Position numbers and translations under genes: made by a program. 64,000 nt of DNA, from sequence record MN445185.1, one strand, 5' to 3'. This stretch comes from Escherichia phage vB_EcoM_EC001. Each line of letters opens with the position of its first letter. Position 1 is the first letter of the stretch. Positions 29,553 through 38,750 of this stretch are shown in pieces. Under the pieces are notes generated by a model. The model saw only the letters and a list, made by a program, of their open reading frames with translations, ran no database searches and was not told the DNA's origin.

Positions 29553-30815
29553 GTGACTACTGCTTATCAAGTGCGGGCCGACAGCGCTTTTGGCTTCTCT
29601 CGAGACACCCGAACTTGGGGAACCATCGATGTCACGCAGCCCTTAAATACCCTTTGTGCTAACTACCACCTTTTCGAAGTAGGACTAGAAGCACTAGGTG
29701 CTGAATATACCTTCTATAGCCAGTATCACCTGGCTGATTTACAAAACCGTACGGACACGTTGCAAGATTGGTTAAACACCAAGTCAGGAATCGCGATTCC
29801 AACGCTTGGGAAGGGCCTACCGAAGCTCGAATTCGTTGAGGCACACTACCAGTCTATTAATGCAGATGTGCCCGTAGAAACGCACCTGTGCCCTCCTGGT
29901 TACCATTACACTCAGGACTTCAATCCCGATGATGCACACGACGTTGTTGTAGTCTGCGACGATGAGTGGAAAGAGAAATACCGTACCGGGGTACTGTACA
30001 ACATCAACGGTCAATGGGTACCTCACCAATCTGACCCAGTGGGTGTTCGCTTAACCGGCGCTGGTAACATCGTGCGGCGTGCCAATACGCCAGACATTGG
30101 CTGTCTGGTGATGGCAAACATCGGTAAAGTAAAGACCTACCCCATATCCGGTTTAACGATGAACAAACTCGATACTACGCGAGATTACTATTCTTCGTTA
30201 ATGTTGACCTTACCCGATTCCATTACAGGGAAAACCGTTGGGTTCGTCATCGGGGGTATTCTGCATTGGTTGCCACCGCAGGGCTATTTCAGCGACCGTG
30301 CGATTATGCTGAGTCTGCCAAACCTTAGCGTGGCGAAGATTGTATTGGAAACCCGTCGCTATTACGATTGGGACGCCATCGGTGTAGGTGATTTAAGTAC
30401 GCCTACGTCCGTTCAACGTATTCGTAACTCAGAAACGTTAAAAGCGCTGCTGACGCACGAATCCTCGTTTATCTTTACGATAGACAACCCGTATCTCGAA
30501 AAAGAGATTCACGGAATAAGCCACAACGCTATCTGGGGCCGGTTCTATTTAAAAGACCCGACTGACCCAGATGGGAAGAAGACGCTAGGTCCTATCTTTA
30601 ACCGTATTGGTAAATGTGTAGGGTACTGGCCGACCTGGGAAGAAGGGGAGTGGGTCTTTAATACCACATTCTTCGACCGGGAAAACTTTTTGTTGGGGAA
30701 CGCGCGTTGGTATAACCAGAATTTGGTAAACGACGCGCAGGCAATCGTCGGGCCTTTCGGGGCTTGGGGTAAGCCGTTTGTTGAAATGCATCGCTACAAA
30801 GCACGAAAAAAATAA
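29553..30815 (+). CDS. Hypothetical protein
   Basis: 420 aa, GTG start after RBS AGAGGA; divergent from the minus-strand operon; followed by terminator 30821..30864. Confidence 0.55.
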   Translation: MTTAYQVRADSAFGFSRDTRTWGTIDVTQPLNTLCANYHLFEVGLEALGAEYTFYSQYHLADLQNRTDTLQDWLNTKSGIAIPTLGKGLPKLEFVEAHYQSINADVPVETHLCPPGYHYTQDFNPDDAHDVVVVCDDEWKEKYRTGVLYNINGQWVPHQSDPVGVRLTGAGNIVRRANTPDIGCLVMANIGKVKTYPISGLTMNKLDTTRDYYSSLMLTLPDSITGKTVGFVIGGILHWLPPQGYFSDRAIMLSLPNLSVAKIVLETRRYYDWDAIGVGDLSTPTSVQRIRNSETLKALLTHESSFIFTIDNPYLEKEIHGISHNAIWGRFYLKDPTDPDGKKTLGPIFNRIGKCVGYWPTWEEGEWVFNTTFFDRENFLLGNARWYNQNLVNDAQAIVGPFGAWGKPFVEMHRYKARKK

Positions 30816-30820
30816 AAGGT

Positions 30821-30864
30821 AAACCCTACTCCCGTTGGGAGTAGGGTACCTATATCTTTTTTTT
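30821..30864. terminator. Bidirectional intrinsic terminator
   Basis: CCCTACTCCC-GTT-GGGAGTAGGG hairpin followed by TTTTTTTT; A-run upstream. Confidence 0.7.
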
Positions 30865-30877
30865 GCCTGCAGGCCGA

Positions 30878-31087
30878 TTACGCGTTTACGTAATAGATGG
30901 CGTTGCCGAACATTTTGTTGTTGCCGCCACAAGCGGTAACTTTAAATGCTACGCCGCCTTCAGCTTCGGCTTTCTTAGCCAGCGCTTCGGTAACTTCGGT
31001 AACGGTGCTCAGTCCAGAAACCTGAACGGTGCCTGCTTCTACCAGACCAGAAACGTCGCTGCCTGCGGTGATTTCACGAATGCTCAT
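30878..31087 (-). CDS. Small DUF1471-like (YdgH/BhsA/McbA-type) domain protein without signal peptide
   Basis: GTVQVSGLSTVTEVTEALAKKAEAEGGVAFKVTACGGNNKMFGNAIYYV follows the pattern of enterobacterial BhsA-family C-terminal domains; RBS GGAG upstream. Confidence 0.55.
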   Translation of the reverse strand: MSIREITAGSDVSGLVEAGTVQVSGLSTVTEVTEALAKKAEAEGGVAFKVTACGGNNKMFGNAIYYVNA

Positions 31088-31180
31088 TTACTTATCTCCA
31101 TTAACAAATGATAGCAGAAGAACCCTATGTTCAACTACTTGTACTTCGAGGCATATTAACTGCCCCGACTCGTAAATTAG

Positions 31181-31269
31181 TTGACAATAAACCGGCTTTT
31201 GTGCGAAAAAAGTGGCTAACTGTGCACAAGCGATTCGGGTTATCGTTACAGTTAGGAGGTTTATTGTCA
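31181..31269. repeat. Inverted repeat TTGACAATAAACC ... GGTTTATTGTCA in an intergenic region
   Basis: 12-bp arms at 31181-31193 and 31258-31269 separated by about 64 nt, upstream (minus-strand sense) of the DUF1471-like gene. Confidence 0.4.
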
Positions 31270-31295
31270 CAATATACAGCTCACACGTAATTAAA

Positions 31296-32228
31296 TTAGT
31301 GCGGTGTGCTAGTGTCGTTGCCCGGACCATGGCCAGTATGTACGTGAAGAGTAAAGGTGATGCCGCCGATAACCGATTCGGTAACTGTGAAAGTGCCCTT
31401 ACCTTCACCCTTGCCGTTATAGAGGAAATCTTTACCTACTTCCAGGTTACCGGTAAATAGATTCGTTGGGCATGTGGTCTTCCAGTCTTCAGTCGTCCAT
31501 GCCACGTTTTTCGACGCTGTAGAGTTGCGAGTTTCGCACTTCTCGTTAATCGTTTTTGTCTCGAGATTAATAGAACGTTTAGCATAAATGAAAGCGTCCT
31601 CTTTATTGATATTAATCTTCGACCGGCAGGCGTTTTCAAACCCTAAGTCATCCTCCGGAGAATTGAGGTAGAACTTACGCCCTTCGTCATCCACTAACTG
31701 GCAAAACCCGTCACGGGTATTCAGCTGGAGCAAATACGCGTTTTTCTCACCGTTAGTCATACTGGTACGTAGAGTAATGTGACCATCCATCGGGGAGATA
31801 TTCAGTACGTAGGCGTTAGAGAGGTCATCGGCCATCTGGTTTACTGGGTCAGCAGACCAGGCGTATACCCCATCTTCCAGTCGCTTAACGTTACTGTTGT
31901 TTAAATCTTCCCAGAAGTACATATCGGTTTCACCGATACGCCAGATTCTTACGTAGTCTTCTTTTTTCACATCCGGAGGGTTAACCCGGTTGCTGTTGGA
32001 CTTCATCCATTTTGCAGTGATGGCATTACCTTGCTTTACAGTAAGGTTGTCAGCACCACTTAAACTGTTGTGTTGCTTCTCTACAGGTGTCTCTGTTGCA
32101 TCGACAGCTGTAGGATTAATAAAGTTAACTTCGATAGGGATGACTTTAACTCGAGTGGCACCACGAGGTTTATCTTCCGCGACGATACCTATCGAGAAGA
32201 TGTGCAACCCTGACTTAGATTTATTCAT
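31296..32228 (-). CDS. Hypothetical protein with His/Gly-rich C-terminus (possible structural protein)
   Basis: 310 aa; C-terminus ...ITFTLHVHTGHGPGNDTSTPH. Confidence 0.5.
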   Translation of the reverse strand: MNKSKSGLHIFSIGIVAEDKPRGATRVKVIPIEVNFINPTAVDATETPVEKQHNSLSGADNLTVKQGNAITAKWMKSNSNRVNPPDVKKEDYVRIWRIGETDMYFWEDLNNSNVKRLEDGVYAWSADPVNQMADDLSNAYVLNISPMDGHITLRTSMTNGEKNAYLLQLNTRDGFCQLVDDEGRKFYLNSPEDDLGFENACRSKININKEDAFIYAKRSINLETKTINEKCETRNSTASKNVAWTTEDWKTTCPTNLFTGNLEVGKDFLYNGKGEGKGTFTVTESVIGGITFTLHVHTGHGPGNDTSTPH

Positions 32229-32408
32229 ACCACCCTCCTCTCATACTACACTTTTTTACGTTTCGATCTCATCGTTTGACAATCGAGGAGTGTACGGGGG
32301 TAAGGGGGTTTATGTATTGGATGCGAACATAAACGGAGGTATCCGTAGGATACCGACATCCTTTTTGTAGTTGACCTTGACTTTTAACCTAACGAGGAGT
32401 GCAGTACC

Positions 32409-32726
32409 ATGTCTTTATTTCAAACCATTAAAAGTGCATTAGAGCGTAATGATGCAGACAGTGCCTTTACTGCGTTACAGAAAGCCAGTAACGGGAAGCT
32501 AGATAGCGTCTTTGCTAACAATCAAAGAATGCGCTTTTACAAAGTCGGGGAAGTAGACCAGTTCTACAACGAACTGTTTACAGGGGTAGTGCAAAGCGCG
32601 GTATACGCCATGCCGACTGAACAACTAAGTCAGTTTGAAAAAGGGATGCGTTACCAGCGGTTAAGTAACGACTACTCATTACTGAATCTGGCTATCGATG
32701 ACTGCGTCGTACTGGTTGTATACTAA
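32409..32726 (+). CDS. Hypothetical protein
   Basis: 105 aa ORF. Confidence 0.4.
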   Translation: MSLFQTIKSALERNDADSAFTALQKASNGKLDSVFANNQRMRFYKVGEVDQFYNELFTGVVQSAVYAMPTEQLSQFEKGMRYQRLSNDYSLLNLAIDDCVVLVVY

Positions 32727-32846
32727 GTTTTTACAGATAGATGTCATCTTAGTGAGCAATGTGTATAAACCCACAGTCGCTTAAACACCAACTGTTCTTT
32801 AGTAACAGTTTTTGGTCACTTTAGTGTACTTTAAAGGAAATACCAA

Positions 32847-34085
32847 ATGTATAACGAATACGAATTAGTTTACCAGACACCGAAAGAAGCATTCTTTAAT
32901 GCAGTAATTACTAACTCAATTGTACTGTTGGGAATGCAGTTCAATATTCGGAGTATGGCTTACAGCGACGTAACGTGGCAGGATTGTGCGTGCCTGCCAC
33001 AAAAGCTCTCAACCGTTGTCGAAAAGCGGCTGCTTGACAAAGGGGAAGTAAAGTGCCGTTTAGGCCACCACGTCTCTGACTTAGCGCCGTGGGTTGAATT
33101 AACCATGACATTCGAAGGGGATTCGCGGGTAGCTTACCTATCGGGTAATCAAAACATCGGACGCGCCATTGCTGAGGGTAACACAATGTGGGTGCACTAC
33201 ATTCTTACTCTGCTGATCGATAAACCGGTGTTCGAGTTAACACCAGACATGCCTACACTAAGCGATAGCAACTGGTGGATTGGCGGAGAGCTGAATACAG
33301 GGTTTAATGAGAAATTACAAAACTTTAATTCAGAGCGACTCGATGTTGATGCGGAAGTGTTGGTGCAGCAGTTCCCCGAATTCACTGCGTACCAAATTAC
33401 TACCGTATGGAATAGAGCGGTAAGCAAGCGCAGATTCTACACGAAAAACGCACCGCGTGAAGCAGCCAAACCTGTGGAAATTGACGAAGACACCAAGGAA
33501 GCACTGCGTGATCTAGTCACCATAGCCAATGATAGCAATATGATGTTCTGGACATCTGATGAAAACGCTAACCATTATTTCGGTGAGATGTTAGACGCCG
33601 ATGTTTGGTCAGTAATGCCGATAACAGAGCCAGGAAACCTTAAAGATTACTATAAGGTCGAAAAGGATGAGGTGGTTAATGAGAAAGTCCTCACTCTTCT
33701 TGCTGTTTTCCGCGAAGTTATCCAGTCAGAAATACTGTTAAGCATCTATAAACGTAAGACCCCGGCCAGTGAAAATGACACGGCGTGGGTATTTGACTGT
33801 CGACCGACAAATACAATATCGCCTGCGTTCTGGATACAGGTGACAGGAAAGCTGCAGCGTGTGAACAGTTATGTTGTTTCTCGCCTGCCAGATTCTGAAA
33901 TGCGCTCCGTTGCCGAACCTGCTTATTTGATGTCGGCGAAGGCGGTACAGGATGCGTGGCGTACCAACGAACTGAAACAATGGCATTACGACGCTATCAT
34001 CAAATGGGGTGTTAACAATGGCTGGAAAGAAGTGACTAAGTACGGCCGTCAACTGTTGTTTGTCGCTGATTTGCGTTTACTGTAA
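32847..34085 (+). CDS. Hypothetical protein
   Basis: 412 aa ORF, RBS AAGGAAA; followed by terminator 34093..34126. Confidence 0.55.
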   Translation: MYNEYELVYQTPKEAFFNAVITNSIVLLGMQFNIRSMAYSDVTWQDCACLPQKLSTVVEKRLLDKGEVKCRLGHHVSDLAPWVELTMTFEGDSRVAYLSGNQNIGRAIAEGNTMWVHYILTLLIDKPVFELTPDMPTLSDSNWWIGGELNTGFNEKLQNFNSERLDVDAEVLVQQFPEFTAYQITTVWNRAVSKRRFYTKNAPREAAKPVEIDEDTKEALRDLVTIANDSNMMFWTSDENANHYFGEMLDADVWSVMPITEPGNLKDYYKVEKDEVVNEKVLTLLAVFREVIQSEILLSIYKRKTPASENDTAWVFDCRPTNTISPAFWIQVTGKLQRVNSYVVSRLPDSEMRSVAEPAYLMSAKAVQDAWRTNELKQWHYDAIIKWGVNNGWKEVTKYGRQLLFVADLRLL

Positions 34086-34092
34086 TCTCGTC

Positions 34093-34126
34093 ATCGGGGG
34101 TCTTGTACCCCCTTCTTATTTTTTAA
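34093..34126 (+). terminator. Intrinsic terminator
   Basis: GGGGG...CCCCC stem followed by TTCTTATTTTTT. Confidence 0.55.
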
Positions 34127-34145
34127 CCGTAAAGAGTATTTAACC

Positions 34146-34727
34146 ATGCCACAACCAATTATTGAACAACATGAAATGAACTACGAAGAACTGACCCGCC
34201 GCTATCGCGTGAAAGCCCCACGGGTAGTAGAAGGTTGCGAGAAATACAAAGAAGCAGACTTCGTGGTATTCCAACGCGAAGGTGTTCCGATGATGGTGTT
34301 CGTAAAACACGTCAGCAGCGATAACGACGACCGCCTAGTGATGCTGTATAACTTGATGGCTACCGTACTAGATACCGATATTGGACTGTTACGTCGTTAT
34401 AAATCATCCTACGAACAGAAAGCGAAGGTGGTTGCTTTTGACTTACCACGCACGGTACTAGTAGATGGTTCCCGTCCGGCTATTCTTCGTTTTACGAAAA
34501 GCGAAAGCGACAGTAACCCAGCGCATATCGTTCAGCCACTAACGCTGTCGCAAGATACGTTACAGCAGAACGGCGGGATGGATTGGCTAAACGTCATGTT
34601 ACCGGGCCTAGCTGAAGGTCAGGAACTGCATCTGGTTTGCTACACCCCATCCGTTGAGCACACCTATGCGCGTTACCTTACCGAAGAACACGGTTTCCGT
34701 AACCACCGTGGTATTTACATTGCGTAA
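34146..34727 (+). CDS. Hypothetical protein
   Basis: 193 aa ORF. Confidence 0.5.
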   Translation: MPQPIIEQHEMNYEELTRRYRVKAPRVVEGCEKYKEADFVVFQREGVPMMVFVKHVSSDNDDRLVMLYNLMATVLDTDIGLLRRYKSSYEQKAKVVAFDLPRTVLVDGSRPAILRFTKSESDSNPAHIVQPLTLSQDTLQQNGGMDWLNVMLPGLAEGQELHLVCYTPSVEHTYARYLTEEHGFRNHRGIYIA

Positions 34728-34736
34728 GGTGAGTGT

Positions 34737-35300
34737 ATGTCCCGTTTACTAGAAATTCGAAACGATATCTGGCAAGAGCAGATCCACAACGATCCAGAGT
34801 GGGAAGGAGTTGAAAGTGATTTACCGGATAACCCCGACCAGCTGTTGGTGTTCCTTTATAGCGATAAAGCCAAACAGATCAAGGGGATATTTGAACGCAA
34901 AACGACAAGCTTGTCGACCTTACTGAGCTGCATTTGCTGTGGCATCAGTGAGCTTGATCCCAATCTATTCACCAACTATCTTGCGCGTAAAGTCCGTACA
35001 CCACTACTAGAAGTTACACTCCCGCCAGATATTCGTATCAGTAAAACTGTACCGACTGTTTTGCGTTTACAGGATGTGTCTGGTAGTAGCGACGATGGGG
35101 AAACAACGATTACTCTTTCCTCGTCAGAGAGTGAACTCGCAACCAAATCGTTTCTTAGCGAAGTCGAGGCCGGATTAAAGCAGGACGTAATCGTCTATAA
35201 TCTCGGCAGTGTGCCCATTGAGCCCATTTTACACTTCTTTGAAAGCCAAACCTGCCATCTTGTAGAAAGCTTAACATACCACTTTAAAGGAGCTTTATGA
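34737..35300 (+). CDS. Hypothetical protein
   Basis: 187 aa ORF; stop overlaps the next start. Confidence 0.5.
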   Translation: MSRLLEIRNDIWQEQIHNDPEWEGVESDLPDNPDQLLVFLYSDKAKQIKGIFERKTTSLSTLLSCICCGISELDPNLFTNYLARKVRTPLLEVTLPPDIRISKTVPTVLRLQDVSGSSDDGETTITLSSSESELATKSFLSEVEAGLKQDVIVYNLGSVPIEPILHFFESQTCHLVESLTYHFKGAL

Positions 35301-35584
35301 TGAAACTCGAAGGCTACGTTGTTACTGATAAACCTTTTGCTGAAGCCAACCTGTCGCGTTCACAGGTTGTTTATAAAGACATCGATGTGCCTGCCGAAAT
35401 CGTTAAAGCGAATCCCAGCTGGCTAATCAACCACGTTTCTTTGGAAATCACCAATCCGTTTATCAACGATCCAACCGACCCATTTGTCGACATGGGTAAT
35501 TTCCGCGATATTCTTTCCCCGCATCAATACCAGACAGTGGCACAGAAGAAAGGGAAGCTGCTCATCGAAACGTTGAGTGTGTAG
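35297..35584 (+). CDS. Hypothetical protein
   Basis: 95 aa ORF; followed by terminator 35590..35630. Confidence 0.45.
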   Translation: MMKLEGYVVTDKPFAEANLSRSQVVYKDIDVPAEIVKANPSWLINHVSLEITNPFINDPTDPFVDMGNFRDILSPHQYQTVAQKKGKLLIETLSV

Positions 35585-35589
35585 TTTAT

Positions 35590-35630
35590 CTCCAGTAACC
35601 ACGAGGGTTACTGGAGTCCTCTTATTTTTT
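35590..35630 (+). terminator. Intrinsic terminator
   Basis: CTCCAGTAACC / GGTTACTGGAG 11-bp stem followed by CTTATTTTTT. Confidence 0.65.
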
Positions 35631-35663
35631 ACACTTAACTCAAATTAATTTGAGGTGTGGTAT

Positions 35664-36251
35664 ATGACAGAACGTATTTTACGACTGCAAGAGAACAGGT
35701 TAGAAGACCTGCACGTAATGCGTAGTCGCGGCTTGTTCCCAGTGGGGCTTGATGTAAGTGGGTTAATAACTTCTGCGCAGCACGGGGACAGGGTCATTAC
35801 AATGCATTCGCGTGGGAACGAAGTGGTCTCTGCGATTTTCATCGATAAGGTTATTCCGGACTCGGAAAGTGGTAAGGTAGCGGGACACATCATTTACGAA
35901 TACTTTCGCAGCATTCTATACGAGGAAAAGATAAACGTCAAAACTTTTATGGAGTACGCTAAGCGAAATAACTACATCGATGCGCGACTGATGGTCACGG
36001 AAGGCACCCCAACTATAAACGGTAAAGTCCACCATCGTTTACTTGGGGCGCAGTTGCCGAGACTGGGTGAGTTACCGACGACGATAGAGCTACACCAAAA
36101 AACAGATTGGCGACACAAAATCGAAGTGCTTCACAAGCTTTACGATTTATCGATCGTTCAAATCAAACTGGTGGACTTCACGCCTGCAAATATGCAAATC
36201 GCTAAGCGCGCATTGGGTTTTCGTATTCTTAACACAACGTTCACATTGTAA
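35664..36251 (+). CDS. Hypothetical protein
   Basis: ATG 35664 after RBS GAGGTG (the track start 35655 is a GTG inside the RBS). Confidence 0.5.
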   Translation: MTERILRLQENRLEDLHVMRSRGLFPVGLDVSGLITSAQHGDRVITMHSRGNEVVSAIFIDKVIPDSESGKVAGHIIYEYFRSILYEEKINVKTFMEYAKRNNYIDARLMVTEGTPTINGKVHHRLLGAQLPRLGELPTTIELHQKTDWRHKIEVLHKLYDLSIVQIKLVDFTPANMQIAKRALGFRILNTTFTL

Positions 36252-36302
36252 AATATCTCAGATATATATTACTTAGGTGAGAGTTAAGAGATTAACTCAA
36301 CT

Positions 36303-36332
36303 GGCTACCCTCGGGTAGCCTATTCTTTTTTA
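36303..36332 (+). terminator. Intrinsic terminator
   Basis: GGCTACC-CTCG-GGTAGCC hairpin followed by TATTCTTTTTT. Confidence 0.65.
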
Positions 36333-36356
36333 AACCAATCGACTGTAGAGCAAAAC

Positions 36357-36758
36357 ATGACTATCAAGAAGTTCTTACAAACAGTAGTAGTTCTGGCCGC
36401 ATGTGGTATCGCAGCAACTTATGCTTTCGATAAGCCAGACGTGACTGAATACGTATCAGCGGATTCCGATTACGGTATTGCACCGAATGAAAAACCGGAA
36501 CTGATGCGTGAGGTCGAACAGTTACAAATCTACAAACTGACGGATGGTAAGAACTGCACAGGGCTGGTTATCGCTGATAAGAAACTGAAAATGTATCAGC
36601 GGTTAATCGACATATCGTGCGATCAACCAAAAGTCACCTCGGTCAGTGTATCGCCGTTGGAATTGCCAGATCTGGTTGCTGTGAGTTTTTATCACAACGA
36701 TGTGCTCGTTGGTCGCATCACCCTCAATCGTGGAGATATCAAAAATGAAATGCAATAA
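36357..36758 (+). CDS. Secreted/lipoprotein-like small protein, first of a four-gene exported array
   Basis: N-terminal signal peptide with possible lipobox LAAC; two Cys in the mature part. Confidence 0.55.
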   Translation: MTIKKFLQTVVVLAACGIAATYAFDKPDVTEYVSADSDYGIAPNEKPELMREVEQLQIYKLTDGKNCTGLVIADKKLKMYQRLIDISCDQPKVTSVSVSPLELPDLVAVSFYHNDVLVGRITLNRGDIKNEMQ

Positions 36759-37236
36759 CGTTAATCGCCACTTGGCCAAAGTGGTGCTTTTTACTGTGCT
36801 GTTGATGGCACTTGTTGTTGGGCTACGGATTTCTAAGGCACACGCTGACGAATTCAGCGGGTTCCAGGGCAGTATTAACGGCAGCATTCCAGCATATACC
36901 CGCACCATCAATCTTAATGATAAGCCGTTCTGGTGCAATGCGCGTAAGCTGCTTAAGAAACAGTGTCGTGTAGTTGACATATCCTTCAACGGTCGTGTCG
37001 CTATCGTACACCGTCCGGGCGATAAAGATTGCCCAGGTGGTTGGTGGGGTGCAGTCGACCGTCACAACGGTGACGCGTTATGGCTTATCCCTAATCGTGA
37101 TGAACTATCAGTGGAGAAAATTTGCAGCAAAGATTTCAGGGCCGGTTTTGTACAGCGACCGGATACCAAAACTCTGGCCTCCATCGCTATGTACTACGGT
37201 ATGGAAACCATCAAAACAATCGACTATTCAGAATAA
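36745..37236 (+). CDS. Secreted small Cys-containing protein (paralog family)
   Basis: Start at internal ATG after GGAG; signal peptide MKCNNVNRHLAKVVLFTVLLMALVVGLRISKAHA; FWC...C...CPGG motif. Confidence 0.55.
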   Translation: MKCNNVNRHLAKVVLFTVLLMALVVGLRISKAHADEFSGFQGSINGSIPAYTRTINLNDKPFWCNARKLLKKQCRVVDISFNGRVAIVHRPGDKDCPGGWWGAVDRHNGDALWLIPNRDELSVEKICSKDFRAGFVQRPDTKTLASIAMYYGMETIKTIDYSE

Positions 37237-37258
37237 CTCAAAAAATTGAGGTGCTATT

Positions 37259-37669
37259 ATGAAACATTTTTTATTACCAGTTTTACTTGCTACTCTGGCC
37301 ATTAGCTTCTTCGCTCGCGCTGGAAGTATCGAGTTACCAAAAGTTGTTAACGATCACGAATACGGCGGACAGTTCTGGTGCCAGAACTCTGACGTACAAG
37401 GCGGTAGCTGCCAGATCGTTGCGATGTCCGATAACAACCGTTACCTGTTAGTGAAAACGATGGGCGGTGTCGCATGTGGCGACCCTGAATACGGGGTTAT
37501 TAACATGGCAACCGGGCAAGCCGAATCCATGAACTACAATGATAACCAAGCCTGTAGCGGTGAAGCCGTTGCTGAGTTTACACGCGACCCAGGCGACAAT
37601 GCCCTGACGGTTATCATGTACGACCCTACGATTAAGAAAAACGTAGGCATCAATAAACTCGACTTTTAA
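37259..37669 (+). CDS. Secreted small Cys-containing protein (paralog family)
   Basis: Signal peptide MKHFLLPVLLATLAISFFARA; FWCQ...C...CGD motif similar to the previous gene. Confidence 0.6.
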   Translation: MKHFLLPVLLATLAISFFARAGSIELPKVVNDHEYGGQFWCQNSDVQGGSCQIVAMSDNNRYLLVKTMGGVACGDPEYGVINMATGQAESMNYNDNQACSGEAVAEFTRDPGDNALTVIMYDPTIKKNVGINKLDF

Positions 37670-37682
37670 GTAAGGAAACAAC

Positions 37683-38066
37683 ATGCGTGGATTTATGGGT
37701 ATTATCGCGGCGGTGTTCTTGACCGCTTCCGCTTCAGCTACAACCAGCGTAGAAGATTTACTGCCAGGCACACCGTATCAGTACAACCCGCCTTCATTCG
37801 AAGTCTGTACTGGCGACGATGGCAGATGTGAAGAAGTCAGCCGTCACGACGAGTATATCCTGGTCCACGCAAAGGGCGAAGAAACTTGTCCTGCAGGTTA
37901 CTACTTTCTGTTGAACTCAAAGGCACAAGAGATTGTGCCGGTAGAGACAATAACGTGCGACCCGACGCTTCGCGCGTCGCTCGCTTACAATACGAAAACC
38001 AAACAGCGCCTCCTGGTTATTGAACAACAAGGCGAAGTGCGTGGTTCAATAGCGCTCGACCAGTAA
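37683..38066 (+). CDS. Secreted small Cys-containing protein (paralog family)
   Basis: Signal peptide MRGFMGIIAAVFLTASASA; C...C...CPAG...C pattern. Confidence 0.6.
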   Translation: MRGFMGIIAAVFLTASASATTSVEDLLPGTPYQYNPPSFEVCTGDDGRCEEVSRHDEYILVHAKGEETCPAGYYFLLNSKAQEIVPVETITCDPTLRASLAYNTKTKQRLLVIEQQGEVRGSIALDQ

Positions 38067-38078
38067 CCGAAAAGTTTT

Positions 38079-38096
38079 CAGACAGATGTTATAACG
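38079..38096 (+). promoter_or_regulatory. Recurrent intergenic motif CAGACAGATGTTATAACG followed by a hairpin
   Basis: Motif copy 34 nt upstream of GTG 38130; hairpin GTGAGATG...CATCTCAC immediately downstream. Confidence 0.25.
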
Positions 38097-38195
38097 TGAG
38101 ATGACGACCCATCTCACTTTGGCCCTGCGGTGATTTCCCCAACACTTAGCCGCAGGGTCCTTTTTAATCGACTATTACTCGTAAGGATTAAGCAA

Positions 38196-38696
38196 ATGAA
38201 CATGAACATTCTCGACGATACCCGTTCTTCTTTCTTTACTCAGATGAACGTTAACCCTGAACGTACCCGTGCTATTCTTTCTACTGGTTGGAAGTTGAAG
38301 TTGTTAGGCGAGTTAACCCTCAATCGCACCGACTGGCCAGCAGAAGCAACCGTACTGATTAACAGCATCCACAGCGAATGGTTAGATGCTGCGTTGAATG
38401 CCCCACAGCTACGTCCGTACTACCGGATGCTTCACGCGGGATATGAAGTATACCGCAAAGGTTGGTACGATGCAGCCACTTATTGCAAAACCCCTGAAGG
38501 TCGTGAAGACAACACTGTCGACCACGTATTAGTGAATAACTTCTGGGGAGACCAAATTGAGGTCTTACAACTCTCTACCGGTGACCGTATTCCGGCCTGT
38601 GAGTTATTCGAAACTAACGCACAAATGTACGAACCGTATGCAATGATTCGTGGCCATAAGGTCCCAATCATTTCCCTTATGCATATGGGGCTGTAA
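38196..38696 (+). CDS. Hypothetical protein
   Basis: ATG 38196 after RBS AAGGA; the in-frame GTG 38130 (track start) is an alternative. Confidence 0.5.
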   Translation: MNMNILDDTRSSFFTQMNVNPERTRAILSTGWKLKLLGELTLNRTDWPAEATVLINSIHSEWLDAALNAPQLRPYYRMLHAGYEVYRKGWYDAATYCKTPEGREDNTVDHVLVNNFWGDQIEVLQLSTGDRIPACELFETNAQMYEPYAMIRGHKVPIISLMHMGL

Positions 38697-38702
38697 ATAC
38701 GA

Positions 38703-38733
38703 GAGGTAGCCTACGGGCTACCTTCTTTTTTTG
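38703..38733 (+). terminator. Intrinsic terminator
   Basis: GGTAGCC-TACG-GGCTACC hairpin followed by TTCTTTTTTT. Confidence 0.65.
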
Positions 38734-38750
38734 TTGAAGAAGGATTAAAC

